Assembly: GCA_035515475.1 (NCBI GenBank)
Contig: DATJBF010000008.1
Span: 1,899-65,898 of the forward strand
From: Verrucomicrobiia bacterium
GTDB taxonomy: Bacteria > Verrucomicrobiota > Verrucomicrobiia > Palsa-1439
Length of the DNA stretch: 64,000 nucleotides
Direction of reading: 5' to 3'
The position numbers and the translations under genes are program-made. Under the pieces are notes generated by a model. It saw only the letters and a list, made by a program, of their open reading frames with translations, searched no databases and was not told the DNA's origin. The stretch's first letter is position 1; the number at the start of each line of letters is the position of its first letter. This document shows positions 51,523-60,140 of the stretch, in pieces.

Positions 51523-53045
51523 TGTATCTTGTGGAAGATGGTGGCGACTTCGTTAGAGTACGCGAGTTTCCAGTTCGGCAGCAATGCGAGTGCGAGATTC
51601 AGTGGACGGTCGGTTGGCACGAGCGTCCATTCCACCTTGTATTGCTGGAGAACTGCCAGCCAGTTCGTGGTGAGCTGGGAAGTTTCATTGTATTGACGGA
51701 TCAGCGGCTCTCCATAGAAGTCCGTGCGCCCGTCCACAAAAACCCGATGCTCCGGGAGCGCGTACAGCAAGTACCCCCCCCAAATGTATTCATTGAACAT
51801 GTTGCCTTGGAACTGGCCGGGGTGTTGCTTGATGAATTCCACCGCGGCGATCGGCCATTTCTTCGCGGGCATTTCTGTCGGGCGCGAGACGCCGACCAGG
51901 GCGACCGCGGCAATCACCACGACGAGCAACGAGCCACGCGAAATCTCATGGATCTCCCGAAGCCGTCCGGATAAACGCCGCCCCCAGTGGGGCGACGCGT
52001 CCGCCAGAGCGGTGGCGAGAATCGGCGCTGTGAAGATGGCCAGCAACGGAATGTTGCGGCCGGCATACAAGGCTAGGTACGTCCAGCCGATGAGAAGAAT
52101 TCCGGAGGCGGCCGACAAACGCGGTCTCGCCAGCGCCAGCGTGAAGAACGTCAATGCCAACCACGCCAGGAACCCGCGTGAATCGGGCGCATGAAAATCT
52201 GAAGAAGCATATTCCGCCAGCCAGTTCGTCAGATAATCCGAGCGAAGGAACTGCAGATTGTGCAGATGGAGTTCGTAGCCGTTCGGGTTGACCAACGACA
52301 CGCCCGCGCACAAGAGGGCGACGCCGCTGAGAACGGCCAGCTTTCGTCGCGCGGTGGCCCATCTGGTGGCGTCGGCGCGGACAAGGGGCATTTCAATAAG
52401 GGCACCCAGCCAGTACGCGCCCAGCGTGATGAACCCGGCGAGGTAGCCGCCGTGCAGGTTGACCCACAATACCATGAGCCCGGCAAGCGTGATGGCGAGA
52501 CGGCGGGCCGATGCGCCGTGCTCGAAGCGTCGCAACGCGTCGCCCCACAGCGCAGCCAAGAGAAAACTGAACGCGTGTGGTCGGGCCAACCAGTGTGTGC
52601 AGGCGGCCCATGCTGCAGTGAATGCTACAAAGACGGCCACCGCGTGATTGCCCGTCTCGCGCAGCAATTGATGATGTAGGAAGGCGAAGGTCGTGGCGAT
52701 CACCAGCGCGGCGACCACGACCAGCCCGTATAATCCACCAAGGCGGCCGGCAGTCGCGAGGATGATTTCGGAGAGCCATTCCTTGGAGATAATCGGCTGG
52801 CCAAAGCGGGTGTGCGAAAAGATATCAGTGCGAATAATTCGTTTGTGTCGGAGCATCCATTCGCCCACGCGCCAGTGCATACACGCGTCGCCGTCGCTCG
52901 AGACCATCATGACGCGCCACGGTTGCGCAAGAAGGATGAGCAGAATCACAAGCCACAACCATTGGGTCATCGACGGCACGAGCCAATGCCAAAGACGGCG
53001 AGATGGAGACGCGATTCTGGTAGGGCCCTCTGCCAAAGCTGCCAT
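51519..53045 (-). CDS. GT-C-like polytopic membrane protein, tandem paralog C
   Basis: 'DGDACMHWRVGEWMLRHKRIIRTDIFSHTRFGQPIISKEWL', 'NLHGGYL', 'LVNPNGYEL', 'MFNEYIWGGYLL...VFVDGRTDFYG'. Confidence 0.55.
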   Translation of the reverse strand: MAALAEGPTRIASPSRRLWHWLVPSMTQWLWLVILLILLAQPWRVMMVSSDGDACMHWRVGEWMLRHKRIIRTDIFSHTRFGQPIISKEWLSEIILATAGRLGGLYGLVVVAALVIATTFAFLHHQLLRETGNHAVAVFVAFTAAWAACTHWLARPHAFSFLLAALWGDALRRFEHGASARRLAITLAGLMVLWVNLHGGYLAGFITLGAYWLGALIEMPLVRADATRWATARRKLAVLSGVALLCAGVSLVNPNGYELHLHNLQFLRSDYLTNWLAEYASSDFHAPDSRGFLAWLALTFFTLALARPRLSAASGILLIGWTYLALYAGRNIPLLAIFTAPILATALADASPHWGRRLSGRLREIHEISRGSLLVVVIAAVALVGVSRPTEMPAKKWPIAAVEFIKQHPGQFQGNMFNEYIWGGYLLYALPEHRVFVDGRTDFYGEPLIRQYNETSQLTTNWLAVLQQYKVEWTLVPTDRPLNLALALLPNWKLAYSNEVATIFHKIQ

Positions 53046-53077
53046 GGCGCGCAGCTTACGGAGTCATCCGCGAATCT

Positions 53078-55210
53078 TCAATGTTGAACTGCAACGGGCC
53101 GTCGTAAAATCGCAATCAGGTAGAACAGTCCGACGAGAACGACGAGGGCGCGAATCCCGGCCACAAACGAGACGGACTCGAGCAAGCCGCCAACCAATGC
53201 GCCGACGAGATTGGAGCCGAGTGCGCGGGCCTTGTCGGTGCAGGCGGCAAAAGATCGGATGAAGATCAAGCCGGCAAAGAACACCGGCGCGGTCAGAAAT
53301 GCGCTTGCGGCCATGACCTTGGTCGCGCCGGCGAGCGTGTTGAACCTATCGAGGGGAATCAGCGCCAAAGCAGCAACCGTGATCGCCAACCCGGTGACGA
53401 TCAGCCACAGCGGGAGCCGGGACCAGCGCCACGCGACAAAGTTTGAGGCCAGGATCATGACCAGCACTGCTGAAATCACAATGGCGTTGACGACCCACGT
53501 CATGCCGAACAGCAGCGTGGCACGGCTGACCGTCTGTACCTCGAGGAGCAAGAATGCCGCACCCAGCGCAAAGAAATGCCAATCAAACCCCTGCTTGAAG
53601 TCGAATACGCGGCGCTGTGCGAGCATAACAGTACCGAGGATTGCCAGTCCCATCAGGAGATGAAGCTTTGGAATCCTGGCCCGTTCCAAGTACAGATAGG
53701 GCCAGTCGTCGGTCGTGGGGCAAGTTGTTCCTTGGAGATGAAGCGATTCATGGGCGACCACCGAGTGCAGAATTTCATCGGAGATGTTGTTGACGTCGAG
53801 TGGGGCGTTTGCGCAAACGAGCGTGATGCCACCCCCTGTGCCGTACCTCTCGGGGTAGGAAACGCGGTAAGCGATTGGGTTGTGGCCAAAGACCAGGCGA
53901 ACCTCTCCAAACAAACGGTCTGCGATCCAGGGGCGCAGCGCTTCAAAGTTAAGGATGAGCAACCCATCCTCGGCAAGGAGCCGCCGCAATTCCGTAAGCC
54001 CTTCGGTTGTGTAAACATAATGATCAAGGCGGAGATTGGCGTAGGAAGAAGCGAGCGTGTGGGAGTCCAGTAGACCAAGCCAAATGGCGTCGTACGGACC
54101 ACGCGCCTGTTTGTAGAAGGCACGGGCGTCGTTGACGAGCATGTGGACCCGCGGCGAGTCATAGGGATGCTCGGGATGAAGCTGCTTGCCGAGCGCGTAG
54201 ATACGCGGGTCGATCTCGACGCAATCAATCTGATCGACCCCGTGACGGAGTGCCGCGGCAGCATTGTTGCCCGCGCCCGCACCCACAATGAGCATGCGGC
54301 GGATGTGTTGTTTGAAGTGGAACGGGAGGTTGTAGTGACTCCGCTCAGCAGTCTGGAGATCGAAGAGCGCTGGATGCGAGCGGAGGAAATCCGGTGAGAG
54401 ATTGATGAGCGATTGATAAAAGGTGTTGTTCACTTCCAGCCAGTAACCCTGTCGGATGCGGTTCGCACCTTCGCCGACGTACATCGGCCAGATCGTGAGC
54501 TTTTGATACGGCGACCAAATGACGCGCAGCGCACGCGATTGACCGAGTGATACGGTAACGGCCGCAGCAGCGGTCAAGCCAACGGCCAGCCAGGCGCGCC
54601 TCCATCCACACAGCGGAAGCGTGGCCAAGATGGCGGCTGCGACGGCGAGCCAGATTGCGGGTGGAGCCGACCACCAACTGAGTACATTGAACAGCCAAAC
54701 ACCGACCAAGCTGCCAGCGATGTTGATCGAATAGGCGTGAATGACTTGCGGATGCTCTTCCAAGGCGCGGCCGAGAATCTGTCCCATCGGTACGAACGTC
54801 AGCACCAGCAGATACATCAACACCGCCACAATTACTACGGCCCCCGAAACTTCGGGAACCGAGCGACTCCAGAGGACGCCCCAGACGGGCGAATCTTCAA
54901 GACTTCCCAACGCAGTCGTGATCTTGCCCAGATCGAACGACGGCAGTCTGAAGGGATTGCTGACGAGTACCACAAGCAAGAGGAGATTGATTCCACATCG
55001 AGAGATGGATACAGGCTTTGAGGCAAGATAGCAGCCGAGTCCGACGCCAAAGAAGCAAACTACGAGTACCAGATTGCCAAGATAGGCGAAGATGCGAATC
55101 TCCGTCCCGATCCAGCGAATCAGCACGAGTTCCAAGTACAGAATCAGGGCGCTGACGGTGAAGATTTCAAAATCGCGTCGGAGAAGCGTGTCATCACACA
55201 GGTCGCACAT
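53078..55210 (-). CDS. Membrane-embedded spermidine-synthase-fold protein (polyamine aminopropyltransferase-like domain flanked by TM segments; 'fused membrane/SpeE-like' family); ORF to 55345
   Basis: N-terminal ~7 TM, central 'RMLIVGAGAGNNAAAALRHGVDQIDCVEIDPRIYALGKQ...VNDARAFYKQARGPYDAIWLGLLD' SpeE/AdoMet-fold motif, C-terminal ~5 TM. Confidence 0.65.
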   Translation of the reverse strand: MCDLCDDTLLRRDFEIFTVSALILYLELVLIRWIGTEIRIFAYLGNLVLVVCFFGVGLGCYLASKPVSISRCGINLLLLVVLVSNPFRLPSFDLGKITTALGSLEDSPVWGVLWSRSVPEVSGAVVIVAVLMYLLVLTFVPMGQILGRALEEHPQVIHAYSINIAGSLVGVWLFNVLSWWSAPPAIWLAVAAAILATLPLCGWRRAWLAVGLTAAAAVTVSLGQSRALRVIWSPYQKLTIWPMYVGEGANRIRQGYWLEVNNTFYQSLINLSPDFLRSHPALFDLQTAERSHYNLPFHFKQHIRRMLIVGAGAGNNAAAALRHGVDQIDCVEIDPRIYALGKQLHPEHPYDSPRVHMLVNDARAFYKQARGPYDAIWLGLLDSHTLASSYANLRLDHYVYTTEGLTELRRLLAEDGLLILNFEALRPWIADRLFGEVRLVFGHNPIAYRVSYPERYGTGGGITLVCANAPLDVNNISDEILHSVVAHESLHLQGTTCPTTDDWPYLYLERARIPKLHLLMGLAILGTVMLAQRRVFDFKQGFDWHFFALGAAFLLLEVQTVSRATLLFGMTWVVNAIVISAVLVMILASNFVAWRWSRLPLWLIVTGLAITVAALALIPLDRFNTLAGATKVMAASAFLTAPVFFAGLIFIRSFAACTDKARALGSNLVGALVGGLLESVSFVAGIRALVVLVGLFYLIAILRRPVAVQH

Positions 55211-56736
55211 GAGGGGGTGATTCAAGCAGAGGTCTTCGGTGGCTGCAAACAAACTTTCAAGGTCGGGACAATCTGTTTTGCGCTGGCTTGTGGTTGTTCG
55301 CGCCCAGAACGCCACCCCCGAGGTTCGGCGGCGAACGAGGGCCATACGAGCCGTAGCCGAATCCCGTTAAGCCTCGTGCGGTGAGTCCGGCTGGTGATGG
55401 AAGCAACGCATGCTCGCTCCGGCGGCGTCATCGGCTACGACGTTTTGAACTAGAGCCGACCCATCAAGTCCGCTAGTGGAGAGCAAACCGTAACGGCAGC
55501 CATGAATTGGTTACGGGGCGGGACCGTCTGTAGCACGGCGGACGGCGGCTTGGGCCGTGAGGTGTAGCGTTGCCATTCCATCGCGCAATTGCTCGACGAG
55601 ATTCGAGAGGACCAAGTGACAAGATGGCTGGGGTGGACAGGAGATCTCCAAGGGCTGGCGAGACGGTGCAGCCAGGCGATCGCTGGGCGGGACTGGAGCT
55701 CCTTCTCGTGGCGCGGGCGCTACAAATCCGGTTCCACAGCAGGTTTGTCGACCACTGGAATCGCGCCGAGTCCTCTACAACCATCGGCGAGCACACACTG
55801 TGGCACTGCGTCGGTCCCACATGCCGGACTGCTTTCTTTGCGTCATGCCGGGGCGGTTGGTGAACGTTTTCGTGGCTGTCTTTTGCCGTATGGCTTAGTG
55901 CTCAACACGGAGCTATTGGCACACGCGCTTATCAGGAGGCTGCGAATGAAGAGTGGTCCTATCGATCTCTGCAAATTATAGTGACGCCAATGCTTCTTGG
56001 AAACCCCTGTAAACAAGGGCAAAAAAACATCGTAGGGTGTCACCCAATTATGCAGCCCTCAATAGGAGCAATTGGAACGTGGCACATGCGGAGGTGTTGC
56101 GGGCGCTGGCGCCATGGGATGGGCGATAACGATGGGGACGGCAATGGCTTTGATGATGCAGCCGGGACAGGTGACGGGTGATTCACTGGGGTGGATCATG
56201 CTGGCGGCTGTTGTCACGAGCCACCTGCAGAAGTCCGCTATATTTGGTAAGATAACGACCATCGTGTGCCTTATTGATGCGGCGGTATTTCCGGTTTCGC
56301 TACGCTCGTGGGACAGTACTTTCTTCCATGTAAGGCGTACGGCGCGCGAAGTTGGGGAGCACGATCAGCAACCGGCTCAGATGGTCTATGCGGTCTGCCA
56401 CCAATTGGACCCGAAAGAAGTGGCGATTTGCCATGCGCACGAGTCCTTACCGTTGGGATCGAGGCATCCGCAACCATGCCTGCCCAAGTCCGAACAGTAC
56501 CAACTGGTTGGCGATCCTGTGATGCCGTCCCCCGCGGACACACCAATGATTGGGAATATAAGGCAACCGACTGAAATTCGTTCGCGGAATCGAGCTCACG
56601 GGAAGCGAATGCTGGCGCTGGTTGTTTCGCGCGGCACATCGCCCAAGGATTGCACTCCGCGCTTTGACCTGCGCCACACCAGGCCGTCGCCAGGCGGTTG
56701 GGTCTGTGTGAATACGATACCGGGCAGGACGATGAG

Positions 56737-58368
56737 ATGAGCGGTGGCGAGACAAAACTCGAGCGGCGTGATTGGATGATGGCAGGGGTCTTTCTTACCG
56801 TGGCATTGATCTTGCGAATTCCATTCCGCAGCCATCTGGCATATCACTGGGACGGGGCGCAGTTCGCGCTCGCCATCGAGCACTACGACATGCGAATCAG
56901 CCAGCCGCAGCCACCGGGGTACTTCCTGTATGTGATGCTCGGGAGGTTGGTGAAGCTTTTCGTCGGCGAGCCACACACCAGTCTGATTTGGATAAGCGTC
57001 TTTGCCGGGGCGGCGTTGACGGGGATTGGGTTTCTGTTGGCAACGGCGATGTTTGGTAGGGGTGTCGGCGTAGCAACGGCAATGATCCTTGCGACGAGCC
57101 CGGTGTGTTGGTTTCATAGTGAAGTTGCGTTGACCTCGATTGTTGACGCGGCCTTGGTGACGGCAACGGTACTGGTATGTTGGACGGCCATGCAGCGCGG
57201 CGGGAGATGGCGTGATGTGCTCTGGATGTCAGTATTGTTTGCCGCCGTTGCCGGCGTGCGCCAGCAAAGTGGAGCGATCTTGGCCCCACTGTGGTGTTAC
57301 ACGTTGCTGAGGTTTCGCCATCCACGTCGGTCGAAGATGTTGGGCGCGGCGGTACTGACGGGACTGTTTATCGCACTCTGGCTTGTTCCGATGGTGCGAA
57401 CCACGGGCGGAATTGCGCAGTACCTGGGCGTGCTGCGAGCCAAGGGCCGATTCGACGCCCCACGAACGCCGTGGGGTAGCGGGGGGATACAGGCGCTCTT
57501 AACGAACGTGAGCGTTATCGGACGGGTGTGTTGGGTGGGATTGCTGTTAGCCGCCCTGATTTCGACAGGTGAGTTGGTTCACTGGGTCTTCAGAGAGCGG
57601 CCAGAGGCGAAGAGGAGATTGTACAGTGAGTATGCGGAGCAGATTCGCGTTCTCACATTGTGGATTGCTCCGATGCTGGCATTCTGGCTAGCCATGTACG
57701 TCACGACGCCGGGGTATGTACTGTGCTTTTTCCCTGGCCTCACGATCGTAGCAGGAGTTGCCATCCGCCGGTGCGCTGGCCGACTCAACCGATCCTCTTA
57801 CGGACGCAGCGTTACGGCCGGGCAGTGGTCGGGCGCCGTCACAGCGTGGCTGACTCTCGGCTTCGTAGTGGGAGCGAACACAGTTGTTTTTGTATGGGAG
57901 CCGAGACTCTCGGTTCCGCTGTTGGCGGACTTACCTCTTACCGCGGTGGAGATTCAGCGGCACGACCGGCAACTCACAGAATGCTTTCGGGTGATCCGAG
58001 AGAAGTTTCGGCCGGAAGATGTGGTCATATACCACAGCGATCAGTTTTTCTACTGGGGGTTTCGTCAGTTCCAATATTATCTCACCGAGTATCGCAACGT
58101 ACTGTTGACGCCTGACGCTTCCTTGGCAGGTGGTCTGCGACGAAAGCAGTGGGTCGGAGAACAGCGGCAGACGATCTTCGCAGATGCAACGTATGATCTA
58201 CCCTGTGAATGGCGTTTATTGGTCGTTCCTCCCGGGCAATCGATCCATATCTTTGGTAGGTACTTCGATGTATCGACGGCAAAGTTAGTACGCACATCGC
58301 GGCCAAAGTTGTACTTAGTTCGAGACCAAGTAGAGTCGACTGTACAGAAACTGAACAACCCCCCGTAA
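56737..58368 (+). CDS. GT-C family membrane glycosyltransferase (ArnT/PMT-like, GT39/83-type first loop); ORF from 56698
   Basis: 'AYHWDGAQFALAIEHYDMRISQPQPPGYFLYVML' matches the DE..Y..A..EM...PPL.YW-type loop; ~11 TM plus C-terminal soluble domain. Confidence 0.55.
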   Translation: MSGGETKLERRDWMMAGVFLTVALILRIPFRSHLAYHWDGAQFALAIEHYDMRISQPQPPGYFLYVMLGRLVKLFVGEPHTSLIWISVFAGAALTGIGFLLATAMFGRGVGVATAMILATSPVCWFHSEVALTSIVDAALVTATVLVCWTAMQRGGRWRDVLWMSVLFAAVAGVRQQSGAILAPLWCYTLLRFRHPRRSKMLGAAVLTGLFIALWLVPMVRTTGGIAQYLGVLRAKGRFDAPRTPWGSGGIQALLTNVSVIGRVCWVGLLLAALISTGELVHWVFRERPEAKRRLYSEYAEQIRVLTLWIAPMLAFWLAMYVTTPGYVLCFFPGLTIVAGVAIRRCAGRLNRSSYGRSVTAGQWSGAVTAWLTLGFVVGANTVVFVWEPRLSVPLLADLPLTAVEIQRHDRQLTECFRVIREKFRPEDVVIYHSDQFFYWGFRQFQYYLTEYRNVLLTPDASLAGGLRRKQWVGEQRQTIFADATYDLPCEWRLLVVPPGQSIHIFGRYFDVSTAKLVRTSRPKLYLVRDQVESTVQKLNNPP

Positions 58369-58530
58369 CATGTGAAGGAGATTGGGCATCAGAGCGCGAC
58401 TGGTGAGAAACCTTGAGAATAGTGTGGGAGAAATATGGTTTGGGGATTGACGGGATAACAGGTTAGCGAGTAAATGGTTACAGCAAGACGGTGCAGTTCA
58501 AGGCCACAAGGGGGACCCGGCGGACGACGA

Positions 58531-58545
58531 TGGCACGTAAGCTGC
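58531..58545 (+). promoter_or_regulatory. Sigma54-dependent promoter (-24/-12) upstream of flp
   Basis: TGGCACGtaagCTGCc vs consensus TGGCACG-N4-TTGCW: GG/GC spacing exact, 1 mismatch; ~70 nt upstream of the flp start. Confidence 0.6.
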
Positions 58546-58618
58546 CTTTAGTGCTTCGTGTAAACGTGGAATGAGTCGGGTGATAAGAACGTGGAAGCCA
58601 GATGAAGGAGGTGAAACG

Positions 58619-58798
58619 ATGAAGAAGTCTCTCCGAAAGCTGTATCGTGGACTGAACGGACGGAAGGGCCAGAGCTTGGTTGAGTATGCGCTGATCTTGG
58701 CGCTGATCGCTGTCGTGGCGATCTTGGTGCTCCAAGGTATCGGCGGCCGAGTGAATAACACACTTGAGAAGGTTAACAGTAATCTCCCCGCGAGTTAG
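58619..58798 (+). CDS. flp: Flp family type IVb pilin (ORF from 58571; Met start 58619)
   Basis: 'MKKSLRKLYRGLNGRKGQSLVEYALILALIAVVAILVL' with Flp motif (G/QSLVEYALI...). Confidence 0.85.
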   Translation: MKKSLRKLYRGLNGRKGQSLVEYALILALIAVVAILVLQGIGGRVNNTLEKVNSNLPAS

Positions 58799-58830
58799 CA
58801 GTGATTCACGGGGGACGGCAAACATGGCTT

Positions 58831-58870
58831 GGGGGTGGAGTGGGCACGGAGCCCCTTCACCCCCTGAGTT
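58831..58870 (+). terminator. GC-rich hairpin downstream of flp (possible intrinsic terminator/attenuator)
   Basis: gggggtg...(loop)...caccccc followed by tgagtttgac; sits between the abundant-pilin gene and the assembly genes. Confidence 0.3.
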
Positions 58871-59257
58871 TGACAGAACCAGTGGCCGTTTCTTAAAGCG
58901 GGGCCGGGCACTTGGGAAGGTCATCGTGACATCCGTCGGTCGTGACTGTAGATAAACGGCACGACGGCAAATCACTAGTTGAGGGGGCTATGGCGTTCAA
59001 ACAGACTCAGATCATTTGCAGTGGAGTCTGGTGGCAGAATCAACCGAGTTTGCGCATGGCCGAAATCGTCGGTCACGTTTGTAGGAGATGGCGCGTGCGA
59101 GAATGCATCCGACCATCGGTGCGGGTTTGGCGGCGGAACGTTGGCCTGTGGTTTGCTGTCTATCAGCGATCCGAAGCCAACAATGTAGTTGCTTTTTTGG
59201 ACAAGAACGAGCTATATCACTGAAAGCTAGGAAGTAGAGTCGAACAAGGAGGACTCA

Positions 59258-60097
59258 ATGGCTAAAAAACCTGGTGCAGGTGGGATCATTTTGGCGGCTG
59301 TCGTTTTGGGTCTTATCGCGGTGTACTTGATCTGGAATCTAGAACGACAGCGCGACAGGCAAGCCAAGAAGAATTGGACGCCGGTTGTGGTTGCCCTTCA
59401 GGATATTCCTGCCCGTTCGAAAGTTACGCGCGAGATGGTGACGCTGACCAGCTATCCGAAGGAATTGATTGCAGCGGGGGCCATTACCGACCCAAAGGAA
59501 GTCGAAGGACGTATCGCACTTTCCCGCATCCGGGCGAAGGATCAAATACGGTCTTCCGATCTGGTTGCTGAGGGCCAGGGACCCAGCTTGGCATACGAAA
59601 TTCCCAAAGGGATGCGCGCCATTGCCATCCAAGCGGGGGAAGTGATGGCCGTCGGCACGGCAGTCAAGCCGGGTGATCGCGTGGACATTCTGGCGACGTA
59701 TCAGAATCCTGTCACGCGACAAGAGACGACCCAGATGATTTTGCAGAACGTTCTTGTGCTGGCGGTCAATAAAGGCCAGACCGACACGCAGGGCAATGTG
59801 GGCGCCAACACTTCCATGACGCTGGCCGTCAAACCCGAGGAGGCTGAGTTGCTGACGGCGGCTGATCGTATCGGCGCGTTGCGAGTGGCGCTACGTCCCG
59901 TGCAGGACAAGACTATCATTCCGAGCACTGGCGTGGAGGCTCGCGATTTCTTAGGCAGCAGGACCTTCGAGATGTCCGCGGAGGCGCCGGACGCTGCGAA
60001 GGCCACGCCAATCATTATCAATCCGCCGTCAAGTCATCAGCGGCCTGAGGTCAAAATATACCGAGGCACCCAGGTGCAGACGGTGACGACCGAATAG
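59258..60097 (+). CDS. cpaB: Flp pilus assembly protein CpaB/RcpC (SAF domain)
   Basis: N-terminal TM, 'VVVALQDIPARSKVTREMV', 'GMRAIAIQAGEVMAVGTAVKPGDRVDIL' CpaB-like. Confidence 0.8.
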   Translation: MAKKPGAGGIILAAVVLGLIAVYLIWNLERQRDRQAKKNWTPVVVALQDIPARSKVTREMVTLTSYPKELIAAGAITDPKEVEGRIALSRIRAKDQIRSSDLVAEGQGPSLAYEIPKGMRAIAIQAGEVMAVGTAVKPGDRVDILATYQNPVTRQETTQMILQNVLVLAVNKGQTDTQGNVGANTSMTLAVKPEEAELLTAADRIGALRVALRPVQDKTIIPSTGVEARDFLGSRTFEMSAEAPDAAKATPIIINPPSSHQRPEVKIYRGTQVQTVTTE

Positions 60098-60140
60098 GGG
60101 CCGGAAGAGAATCTCCAAAGAACGAAAGGACGACACAATA

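Noticed and set aside
55381-55412. SRP-RNA-like motif (gagtccgg...ggaagcaac)
   Set aside because: It resembles the 4.5S RNA 'GGUCCGGAAGGAAGCAGC' only if an 8-nt insertion is allowed. No flanking helix 8 pairing could be found.
55900-55925. Possible sigma54 promoter 'ctattggcacacgcgcttatc'
   Set aside because: It has TGGCAC but no GC dinucleotide at the required -12 spacing.
56072-56740. 222-aa ORF in the long intergenic gap
   Set aside because: Odd composition (Cys/His/Trp/Pro/Arg rich), no start context or motifs. It overlaps the likely promoter region of the downstream GT-C gene, so I treated it as non-coding pending evidence.
58942-59223. Short ORFs (58942-59223, 58979-59188) between flp and cpaB as candidate prepilin peptidase or second pilin
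   Set aside because: No hydrophobic membrane helices expected of an A24 peptidase and no Flp 'LVEYALI' motif. Translations look like noise.
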